The notes beneath the pieces are model-generated. The model was not told the origin of the DNA, ran no database searches, and was given only the letters and a program-made list of their open reading frames with translations. From assembly GCF_000175255.2 (NCBI RefSeq), contig NC_017262.1, positions 750,001-782,000 on the forward strand: a stretch of DNA of 32,000 nucleotides. Direction: 5' to 3'. The stretch comes from Zymomonas mobilis subsp. mobilis ATCC 10988 (GTDB lineage: Bacteria; Pseudomonadota; Alphaproteobacteria; Sphingomonadales; Sphingomonadaceae). Below, piece after piece: positions 1-7,805 of the stretch (position 1 is the stretch's first letter; the number at the start of each line of letters is the position of its first letter). Made by a program: the position numbers and the translations under genes.

Positions 1-303
1 GTCCGAGCCGAACATTTAATGCATGGTAAGACCTCTTCTATCCACCATGATGATAGCGGCCTTTTTGCAGGCCTGCCCTCTCCACTGACAGCCACACGCT
101 ATCACTCTTTAGTCGTGGACAAGAAAAATTTTCCTTCCGAACTGGTCGTGAATGCATGGGATGAAGACGGCACTATCATGGGATTAAGGCATAAAAGCCT
201 TCCGATCCACGGCTTACAATTCCATCCTGAAAGTATTGCCACCGATTTTGGGCATGAAATGCTTGGTAATTTCATCAAAATTGCGCAAGAAAATAATCAA
301 TAA
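1..303 (+). CDS. trpG: Anthranilate synthase component II / PabA-type glutamine amidotransferase, C-terminal fragment (5' end lies off the left edge)
   Basis: Frame 1 is open from base 1 ([12 protein letters not shown]...), so the listed 19..303 ORF is only the visible tail. It has class I GATase C-terminal hallmarks TRYHSL and HGLQFHPES (catalytic His/Glu). It lies 26 bp upstream of trpD. Confidence 0.9.
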   Translation, partial: VRAEHLMHGKTSSIHHDDSGLFAGLPSPLTATRYHSLVVDKKNFPSELVVNAWDEDGTIMGLRHKSLPIHGLQFHPESIATDFGHEMLGNFIKIAQENNQ

Positions 304-329
304 CGACGGCTGAATAGCAGGGCTTTTTT

Positions 330-1355
330 ATGACATCCGTTCTTCCAGACCCGACCCGCCCCCTTAGCTTCGACGAAGCCAGAAAAACATTCGGAGAAAT
401 CCTTGATGGCTTCTATGATAAGGATGATCTTGCAGCTTTCCTTATCGCCATGTCTAAAAGAGGCGAAAGCGGTGCTGAAATTGCTGGCGCAGCCAAAGCT
501 GCCATTGAAAGAATGGTCACAATCAAGGCACCGGAAGATACTATTGATGTTTGCGGGACGGGTGGCGATGGCCAAAACAGCCTGAATATTTCAACCGCCG
601 TTTCTCTTGTCGTTGCCGCCACTCATATTCCCGTAGCCAAGCATGGAAACAGAGCCTCTTCCAGTATGGCAGGGGCTGCTGATACATTGGAGGCCTTGGG
701 TGTCAAAATAGACCTTACTCCCAAGCAGGCAGAACACTGCCTGAAAGAAACCGGCATCACTTTTCTTTTTGCGCCAACCTATCATCCTGCCTTGGTCGAG
801 CTTGCACCTTTGCGACGCAAAATAGGCCAGCCTACGATTTTCAATCTGATCGGGCCTCTCGCCAATCCCGCACAAGTCAGCCGTCAACTTATCGGCTTAG
901 CCTCGCCGCGCTATTTTGATGCCTATAGCGAAGCTATTAGCCTCCTTGGTCTGGATACCGTTTTGCTGGTTTCCGGCGACGATCCCTTGGACGAGGTCTC
1001 AATCAGCAAAAGCAGCACCGCATTAATGATCCGTAAGAATGAAAATCCCAACAGTGGATTACCCGCAGGTCGGATACGGATAAAACCTGCCGATGTTAAC
1101 CTTGATACCCACCCGATCAGCAGTATTCGGGGTGGTAATGCAGACTACAACGCCCAAGCCTTATTAGATCTCTTGGCAGGTAAAGCCTCGGCCTATCGCG
1201 ATGCCGTTCTAATCAATGCAGCGGGCGCGCTGATTGTTGCTGAAAAATGCTGGGACTGGGATGACGGCGTTAATGTCGCCTCAAATGTCATAGATAGTGG
1301 ACGTGCCAGTCAAGTTTTCGAGGCATGGAAGAAATTTTCCCAGAATCTCCGCTAA
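330..1355 (+). CDS. trpD: Anthranilate phosphoribosyltransferase
   Basis: 341 aa. Contains the family motifs CGTGGDG (PRPP/glycine-rich loop) and KHGNRASSS. It follows trpG directly. Confidence 0.93.
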   Translation: MTSVLPDPTRPLSFDEARKTFGEILDGFYDKDDLAAFLIAMSKRGESGAEIAGAAKAAIERMVTIKAPEDTIDVCGTGGDGQNSLNISTAVSLVVAATHIPVAKHGNRASSSMAGAADTLEALGVKIDLTPKQAEHCLKETGITFLFAPTYHPALVELAPLRRKIGQPTIFNLIGPLANPAQVSRQLIGLASPRYFDAYSEAISLLGLDTVLLVSGDDPLDEVSISKSSTALMIRKNENPNSGLPAGRIRIKPADVNLDTHPISSIRGGNADYNAQALLDLLAGKASAYRDAVLINAAGALIVAEKCWDWDDGVNVASNVIDSGRASQVFEAWKKFSQNLR

Positions 1356-1423
1356 AATAGCCGCTAACGAATGGGGCAAAAGAACGGCTCATCTATTGAC
1401 AGTTAGATGGATGTTTCCTACAC

Positions 1424-1438
1424 GTTCTATATCTGTTC
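1424..1438 (+). promoter_or_regulatory. Alphaproteobacterial SOS box (LexA operator), GTTC-N7-GTTC
   Basis: The sequence GTTCTATATCTGTTC lies 83-97 nt upstream of the lexA ATG. It matches the direct-repeat GTTCN7GTTC LexA operator described for alphaproteobacteria (Rhodobacter/Rhizobium type). This fits lexA autoregulation. Confidence 0.75.
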
Positions 1439-1520
1439 CAACAGAATCATGAAGCCTGTCTTATAAAAGATGAGGAAACACGCCCCTTCGTTAGCGGGCC
1501 TTTGACGGAAGATTGCGGCT

Positions 1521-2174
1521 ATGCTGACGCGCAAGCAACATGATTTGCTTCTTTTTATCCACAACCGGCTCAGCGTATCAGGTATTTCACCTTCTTTTGA
1601 AGAAATGAAACTCGCCCTTGATCTCAAATCGAAATCAGGGATTCACCGCCTTATCAAGGCTCTGGAAGAGCGAGGCTTTATCCGCCGATTACCTAATCGC
1701 GCACGGGCATTGGAAGTGATCCGTTTGCCAGAAGATAAAACGGAAATTCAAAAAAAAATTTCTCGGGATTATACGCCCCCGAAAGCGGATAATGATGTTA
1801 TCGAGATCCCGCTTCATGGCAGAATTGCTGCTGGTTTACCGATAGAAGCTCTGGAAGGCCAATCCCATCTGGCTGTCCCACCAAGCTATCTTGGAAGCGG
1901 TGCCCATTACGCCCTAGAGGTCGCCGGAGATTCCATGGTCGATGCCGGTATTTTTGATGGCGATTATATTATCGTTCGTCAAACCGATGAAGCTCATGAA
2001 GGTGAAATCGTGGTTGCCTTAATTGATAACAGCGATGCGACTTTAAAATATTTCCACCGTGAAGGTCGAATGGTTCGACTGGACCCTGCCAATCGTGCCT
2101 ATGCACCGATGCGTTATGATGCCAGTAGAATTGGCATCCAAGGTCGGTTAGTGGGCTTATTACGGCGCTATTAA
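1521..2174 (+). CDS. lexA: LexA repressor (SOS regulator, S24 self-cleaving peptidase)
   Basis: 217 aa. N-terminal winged-HTH ([12 protein letters not shown]...GISPSFEEM...[18 protein letters not shown]). Ala-Gly cleavage site in [10 protein letters not shown]. Ser (GDSM) and Lys (ATLKYF) catalytic dyad. Confidence 0.95.
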   Translation: MLTRKQHDLLLFIHNRLSVSGISPSFEEMKLALDLKSKSGIHRLIKALEERGFIRRLPNRARALEVIRLPEDKTEIQKKISRDYTPPKADNDVIEIPLHGRIAAGLPIEALEGQSHLAVPPSYLGSGAHYALEVAGDSMVDAGIFDGDYIIVRQTDEAHEGEIVVALIDNSDATLKYFHREGRMVRLDPANRAYAPMRYDASRIGIQGRLVGLLRRY

Positions 2175-2187
2175 GTAAATCTTTTTA

Positions 2188-2211
2188 ATAGCGGTTTTTG
2201 ACAACCGCTAT
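2188..2211. terminator. Hairpin between convergent lexA and prfB (possible bidirectional terminator)
   Basis: Perfect 8-bp stem ATAGCGGT/ACCGCTAT with an 8-nt loop, sitting between the two stop codons (2174 and 2227). The T-tracts are only moderate on either strand. Confidence 0.5.
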
Positions 2212-2226
2212 CAAAAATTTTGTTCT

Positions 2227-3354
2227 CTATTCTACATCTTCGACTTCAACGGTTTCGCCTGTAATCCGTTGCGCCAAAGCCGCAGCAATAAAGGCATCCA
2301 AATTACCATCCAGCACATCAGCCGGAGCCGTCGAAGTAATGCCAGTTCGTAAATCTTTTACCAGCTGATAAGGTTGCAAGACATAAGAACGGATCTGATG
2401 CCCCCATCCGATTTCACTCTTGGCAGCATAACCGGCACTGGCTTCAGCTTCACGAATTTGTAATTCGCGTTCATAAAGGCGCGCCTTCAACTGCTTCATC
2501 GCTTCGGCACGGTTCTTATGCTGGGAACGCTGGTTCTGGCAGGCAACGACAATACCCGTCGGCATATGGGTAATACGAACGGCAGAATCCGTCGTGTTCA
2601 CATGCTGACCACCGGCACCCGATGAACGATAGGTATCAATTTTTAAATCTTTATCCAAAACTTCGATATCAATATCGTCATCTACCACAGGGTAAACAGC
2701 AACAGAAGCAAAGCTGGTGTGACGACGTGCGTTACTATCGAAAGGTGAAATGCGCACCAGACGATGCACCCCGTTTTCGGTCTTGGCATAGCCATAGGCA
2801 CTTTCGCCTTTGACCAATAGGGTTGCTGATTTAATACCGGCCTGTTCTCCGGCATGATAGTCAACCAATTCGACCTTGAAGCCTTGGCGTTCAGCCCAAC
2901 GCTGATACATCCGACTAAGCATTTCTGCCCAATCCTGACTTTCAGTGCCACCGGCTCCGGCATTGACTTCAATATAGGTATCATTGCCATCGGCTTCACC
3001 AGACAGCAAAGCTTTGACTTTGTCACGATCGGCGCGCTCAGCAAGGCTTTCCAGTGCAGAAATGGCATCCTGCACCATTTCCTCTTCACCTTCTGCCTCG
3101 GCCATCTCGATCAGCTCGATATTTTCCTGAAGCTCTGTCGCAATAGCACGCGTGGCCGCAATGGACTCATCCAAGCGTCCTCTTTCGCGCATCACTTCTT
3201 GCGCCGCGCGGGCATCATCCCAAAGGCTGGGGTCTTCGACGCGGGCGTTCAATTCATCCAGCCGCCGCAAGGCTCTATCCCAGTCGAGGAAGCGCCTAAG
3301 CAGCGCCAAAGATTCTTGAATATGGTCGACATGGGCTTGCGCTTCGGCGCGCAT
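2227..3354 (-). CDS. prfB: Peptide chain release factor 2, single uninterrupted frame
   Basis: Contains the RF2-specific SPF tripeptide (RISPFDS) and the GGQ motif (SGAGGQHVNTTDSAVRITH). It aligns along its length to E. coli RF2 from memory. I place the start at MRAEAQAH (ATG 3354, GAAAGGG 6 nt upstream); ATG 3360 is an alternative. The 394-aa ORF start at 3411 looks like upstream read-through. Confidence 0.93.
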   Translation of the reverse strand: MRAEAQAHVDHIQESLALLRRFLDWDRALRRLDELNARVEDPSLWDDARAAQEVMRERGRLDESIAATRAIATELQENIELIEMAEAEGEEEMVQDAISALESLAERADRDKVKALLSGEADGNDTYIEVNAGAGGTESQDWAEMLSRMYQRWAERQGFKVELVDYHAGEQAGIKSATLLVKGESAYGYAKTENGVHRLVRISPFDSNARRHTSFASVAVYPVVDDDIDIEVLDKDLKIDTYRSSGAGGQHVNTTDSAVRITHMPTGIVVACQNQRSQHKNRAEAMKQLKARLYERELQIREAEASAGYAAKSEIGWGHQIRSYVLQPYQLVKDLRTGITSTAPADVLDGNLDAFIAAALAQRITGETVEVEDVE

Positions 3355-3464
3355 AATCATCCCTTTCTGAATGAGAAAACAGCCTATCAAACAAGGCCGA
3401 TCAAAATACATTATTCGGATCAGACGATAAAAACTGACCAGCTAGGCTTCTAATAGATTTAACC

Positions 3465-6044
3465 TCACTTCTGCAAGCTACTGCGATCATTTGGATGCGG
3501 AAGATTAACAGGAGGAGCCACAGGCTGAGCTTTGACAGCCTCACTTTTATGGCTGTCATCGGTCGTATTATTGGGAACAGGCGTAACGGCTGCCGCAACA
3601 ACCGCAGGTCGATAGAAACTCCGACGCGGCTCATTATCGGGTTTAAAAGCCTCCCATATAATCGGACTCATCGGATCGGCAGGATTGACGGGCGCAGAAC
3701 CATAGATCCGCAAACCTGAATAGCGATCTATTTTTACCATATGAATATCAGGTGCCACCGGAAAAGGTTTCACAGGCATCTCTGTCATACTGCGCTGGGC
3801 AAATTGTTTAAAAATCGGGGCAGCTACAGTACCCCCTTGGGCGCTATGTCCCATCGAACGGGGACGATCATAACCGACATAAAGCCCTGCGACCAAATCC
3901 GCAGATCCGCCAACAAACCAGACATTGGTCGGCCCTGTCGAGGTGCCAGTCTTACCAAACATGGGACGCCCCAAATCCCGCAAGATCGCGGCAGTTCCTC
4001 GTTGAACAACCCCTTCTAAGATATGCAGCATCTGATAAGCCGTCATCGCATTGATCGCCTGCCCATTGGTATGATGCGGCCTCGGCATGGGTTGACCATC
4101 CCATTCTGGCAGATTGCATCCGCTGCATATCCGGTCATCCGATTTATAAATAACCTTCCCATTCCGATCTTGGACGTAATCAATCAAACTCGGATGCAAG
4201 CGCCGCCCTTGATTGGCTAACATCGAATAACCATTGGTGAGGCGCATAACAGTGGTATTGCCCGCGCCCAAAGCGATGCCCAATACCGGTGGATAAGGAT
4301 GCCCCGGCGGATTGATTTCGGCTTTTTCGGCCATTTTGACGACATGCGCCATTCCTGTCTGGGCGGCCGCTCTCACCGTCATCAAATTTCGGGATTGCTC
4401 AACACCCCAACGCATTGTCTGGGGGCCCGAATAACCACCGGAAAAGTTACGAAAACATTTCATACCCAAACGAGCAGATTGATAGACGCAGAAAGGGCCA
4501 TCAACAATGATAGAGGCCGGTGTCATACCGTGATCCAAAGCCGCTGAATAAACAAAAGGCTTAAAGGTGGATCCCGGTTGTCTTTCGGCTTGGGTGGCGC
4601 GGTTAAAATCCCCGTTCCGGTAGTCAAATCCTCCCTGCATTGCCATGACTCGGCCTGTATGGGGGTCTTCTACCACCATGCCGCCGGAAACAGCGGGAAG
4701 GCTACGTAATATCCAAAAATTGTCGATTTTCTTGACGATAATAATATCGCCTTCATGCAAAAACCGCCATGCCGAGGTTTCAGTATCATGGCGCGGCATC
4801 GCTGCCCCCCATGGATAAAGATAATCTTCCTGACCATCTTCAAAGCCAATTTTGGCGCGACCATTTTCTTTTTCTAGGATAACAGCCGCATACCAATCCG
4901 CATAACCGGTGCCGATATTGGCAGCGATCAGCCGTTCTTGCCACCCCTCACCTGGATCAATATTCCCGACGCGTCCATTCCAACCATGATCCCGTTCAAA
5001 ACGAACAAAGCCATCCCTTAAGGCGGTTTCGGCGGATTCCTGAAGCGCAGGATCAAAAGAGGTTCTAACCCATAACCCACCGGAATAAACGTTATTCTCG
5101 CCGTCTTTGGCACTCTCGCCAAAACGGTTCACCAATTCCCGCCGCACTTCTTCAAGAAAATAGCCCCCCTTAACAGGAGCTTTAGCGATAATATGCGGCT
5201 TAATAACACCCAAAGGCGTTTGACTAGCCTCGGTATATTGAAAGGCAGTAATATAGCCATTCAACATCATCTGATGCAGGACATAAGCACGCCGTCCCAA
5301 AGCGCGCTCCATATAGCGTTCAGGGGTATAATTGGACGGTGCTTTTGGCAGAATGGCTAAAAAAGCCGCTTCCGGTAAAGACAGATCTTTCACTGTTTTT
5401 CCGAAATAGGCTTTAGCAGCGGCACTGACACCATAGGCATTCCGCCCTAAAAAAATCTGATTGAGATAAATTTCTAGAATCTGGCGCTTCGTTAACAGAT
5501 GCTCGATCTGGAAAGCCAAAAGAGCTTCTTTGACTTTGCGGGTCGGGGAATATTCATCCCCTACCAATAAATTCTTGGCTACCTGCTGGGTAATGGTAGA
5601 ACCGCCATGGGCGCGTTCTCCACTGCCCATTTTGGTAAAATATTCATACACGGCTTTTAAGAAGGCAGCGCCATTGATCCCGTGATGGGAAAAGAAGGAT
5701 TTATCTTCTGCCGATAAAAAAGCCTGAATAACCACAGGCGGGAAATCTTCATAATTCAGCTTTTCACGATGTTCGCGAACAAAATGACCAAAGGGCATCC
5801 CATTGCCATCGCGCACAACCGCCGGCATCGGCAAATGATAATCAGCCAGCATTTCAACTGATGGTAAATCTCGGATAAAATACCGCCAGAACAGAAAGCC
5901 GGAAAAAGAGCAGCCGACAACCAACAACAGAAAGAAAGACCGAAAAATCTTTCCATGCCAAAATCGTTTAACAGACATTTTTTTCTGTATTTTCTGTTTT
6001 TTTCGCTGCGATGTTGTCCCCCTTATTTTTAAGGGATCAGACAT
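3465..6044 (-). CDS. mrcA: Bifunctional penicillin-binding protein 1A (glycosyltransferase + transpeptidase)
   Basis: 859 aa. N-terminal TM helix. GT51 motifs EDKSFFSHHGI, GGSTITQQVAKN and RKVKEALLA. Transpeptidase motifs STFKP (SxxK), SRN and KTGTS. The start could instead be the internal MSVKRF. Confidence 0.92.
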   Translation of the reverse strand: MSDPLKIRGTTSQRKKQKIQKKMSVKRFWHGKIFRSFFLLLVVGCSFSGFLFWRYFIRDLPSVEMLADYHLPMPAVVRDGNGMPFGHFVREHREKLNYEDFPPVVIQAFLSAEDKSFFSHHGINGAAFLKAVYEYFTKMGSGERAHGGSTITQQVAKNLLVGDEYSPTRKVKEALLAFQIEHLLTKRQILEIYLNQIFLGRNAYGVSAAAKAYFGKTVKDLSLPEAAFLAILPKAPSNYTPERYMERALGRRAYVLHQMMLNGYITAFQYTEASQTPLGVIKPHIIAKAPVKGGYFLEEVRRELVNRFGESAKDGENNVYSGGLWVRTSFDPALQESAETALRDGFVRFERDHGWNGRVGNIDPGEGWQERLIAANIGTGYADWYAAVILEKENGRAKIGFEDGQEDYLYPWGAAMPRHDTETSAWRFLHEGDIIIVKKIDNFWILRSLPAVSGGMVVEDPHTGRVMAMQGGFDYRNGDFNRATQAERQPGSTFKPFVYSAALDHGMTPASIIVDGPFCVYQSARLGMKCFRNFSGGYSGPQTMRWGVEQSRNLMTVRAAAQTGMAHVVKMAEKAEINPPGHPYPPVLGIALGAGNTTVMRLTNGYSMLANQGRRLHPSLIDYVQDRNGKVIYKSDDRICSGCNLPEWDGQPMPRPHHTNGQAINAMTAYQMLHILEGVVQRGTAAILRDLGRPMFGKTGTSTGPTNVWFVGGSADLVAGLYVGYDRPRSMGHSAQGGTVAAPIFKQFAQRSMTEMPVKPFPVAPDIHMVKIDRYSGLRIYGSAPVNPADPMSPIIWEAFKPDNEPRRSFYRPAVVAAAVTPVPNNTTDDSHKSEAVKAQPVAPPVNLPHPNDRSSLQK

Positions 6045-6255
6045 TGTTAAATTTCCAATGGCGGAGAATATTCCAGCCTATTTTTGAAGAAAGATAGAAA
6101 TAATATCTTTGCCAGAAAGAAGCAAAAACCTTTTTCAACAAAAGATGATATGGGACATCTTTTTCTTTGTTGTTATCGGTATCTGCCATATCCGTCCATT
6201 TACCTTATTTGGAAATCATTTATAAAAAAACTGTTTTTTAGACCATATCTGATAT

Positions 6256-7275
6256 TTATCTTTTTATTTTCCTTGTAACGATTTTTTCTTTCGACCTATC
6301 CGGTTTCAAATCAGAAACTTCTGCCAATCGCGCTAATCGTCGGGCAAAATAAATTTCAATCGCACGTCTGACCCCCAAAGCCAGATTTTCGCGATATCCC
6401 CGCGAAAAAAGACGCGCTGCTTCCACAGGATTGGAGATATAACCTGTTTCCATAAGAACAGAAGGCACATCCGGTGCTTTTAAAACGACAAAGCCCGCAA
6501 AGCGATGGTAATGACTACGAAAAGGGATTCTATCCTGCAATTCTCTTTGTAAAAGCGACGCAAAAGACACAGAAGCATTCATCGTTTCACGACGGGTCAA
6601 ATCATAAAGAATAGATTTTACTTCACTATTCTGATTTCTCAATTCTCTTGAACCCGAAATATCGGCCTGATTTTCTCTAGCCGCCAAGCGTGCTGCAATC
6701 TTGTCCGAGGCGACTTCCGACAAAGTATAAATGGTTGCCCCATGCGGATTCCCGACAGCCGCACTATCCGCATGAATAGAAATAAGAAGATCAGCATTCA
6801 TCCGCCGCCCGATTTCTCTTCGGGTCACCAAAGGCAAAAAACGGTCATCTTCGCGCGTCAATGCCACTCTAACCCGCCCCGACCGGATAAGGGCATCCCG
6901 AATGGCAAGACCAATCGCCAAAGTCACTTCTTTTTCTCGCAACCGTCCATCGCGAGAGGAAGAGCCGGGGTCATGCCCTCCATGACCGGGATCAATCAAG
7001 ACTAAAGGACGACCGGAAACCCGCGCCCCATAGATGCGAGGCATTGATGGAGCAGAACCAGATTCACGCGCGATGGGTATCCGAACCGGTTTTGCCATCG
7101 GCACAACTGCAGCCCAAGACTCATGAGATACGAAAAACAAAAAAAAGATAATCGAACCAAAAGGCTTTTTTTTCAAAAATTTCAGCTTAAAACCCTCGAC
7201 CATGCCTTTAAGATATTTAACAGTTACAGCTCCCTCTCTGTAAAAAAGGGTCTTTTTTCTTTTCGGATACGCCAT
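6256..7275 (-). CDS. N-acetylmuramoyl-L-alanine amidase (Amidase_3, AmiA/AmiC-like)
   Basis: Contains IDPGHGGHDPG, SIHADS and METGYISN, the zinc-ligand motifs of Amidase_3. A signal-like hydrophobic segment (IIFFLFFVSHESWAAV) is present. The start is uncertain (7275 or the internal ATG at 7203). Confidence 0.85.
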   Translation of the reverse strand: MAYPKRKKTLFYREGAVTVKYLKGMVEGFKLKFLKKKPFGSIIFFLFFVSHESWAAVVPMAKPVRIPIARESGSAPSMPRIYGARVSGRPLVLIDPGHGGHDPGSSSRDGRLREKEVTLAIGLAIRDALIRSGRVRVALTREDDRFLPLVTRREIGRRMNADLLISIHADSAAVGNPHGATIYTLSEVASDKIAARLAARENQADISGSRELRNQNSEVKSILYDLTRRETMNASVSFASLLQRELQDRIPFRSHYHRFAGFVVLKAPDVPSVLMETGYISNPVEAARLFSRGYRENLALGVRRAIEIYFARRLARLAEVSDLKPDRSKEKIVTRKIKR

Positions 7276-7539
7276 TTTAACCGATTACCCTTGTTAGAAG
7301 GACTGTGACCAGCCAGAAAAACGCTCATTTTTAAAAAAACATTTTTAGAGCGCAAGCTATTGATATTTATATTTTCCCCCATAAAGGATAAGCTCATCCC
7401 ACAAGTTGAACAGCAACCATTGCGTCTGACGTAAAGCGATGGTAGCGAATCAATGAAGAGAACAGGAAAAATTTGGTTCAAAAAACGGAATCGCTTCTGC
7501 CTCTCGCTATTACTACTTTATTGAATGATATCTATTTGT

Positions 7540-7805
7540 GTTTCCGGATCGAAAGCATCGATGCACGCCGCTGTTTTAAGCCTGCCCCATTCCGATAAGG
7601 CAGGGCCCGCTGCAGCTAAGACCTTCCGCGCTTGTAACAGCGCCGATACTAGCCGCGCGGCCTTTCAGTGCTGTTGTTCATGGCTGACCTCTCAGGTCGG
7701 CGCTGGATCCTGTTTCTCAGATGACGACTCTATTTTAGATAATATTATTATTACTCGCGCGCCCTTTGTCCTAAAAGAATTGTGCAGCGCGACGGAGATT
7801 TTTGA
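7540..7805 (+). promoter_or_regulatory. Candidate structured 5' leader of rne
   Basis: A GC-rich island inside an otherwise AT-rich 530-bp divergent spacer. Hairpins seen: CCTGCC(7581-86)/GGCAGG(7599-604), GCGCT(7628-32)/AGCGC(7639-43), CUGACC(7684-89)/GGUCGG(7695-700). 10-bp palindromes GCATCGATGC (7555-64) and GCCGCGCGGC (7652-61). The overlapping 94-aa ORF has no RBS or protein-like features. Confidence 0.35.

Noticed and set aside
1356-1520. Absence of trpC after trpD (possible operon disruption or insertion)
   Set aside because: The 165-bp gap contains only the lexA promoter and SOS box and shows no scar, repeat or mobile-element remnant. trp gene order varies among alphaproteobacteria, so trpC is probably encoded elsewhere.
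3355-3411. Longer prfB N-terminus (MYFDRPCLIGCFLIQKGMI...)
   Set aside because: The extension is hydrophobic and non-homologous to RF2. An SD-like GAAAGGG sits just before the internal ATGs at 3360 and 3354, and MRAE... is a plausible native RF2 N-terminus.
6084-6278. 64-aa ORF in the mrcA-amidase spacer
   Set aside because: It is a Phe/Leu/Ile/Lys-rich translation of AT-rich intergenic DNA. It overlaps the amidase 3' end on the opposite strand and has no RBS.
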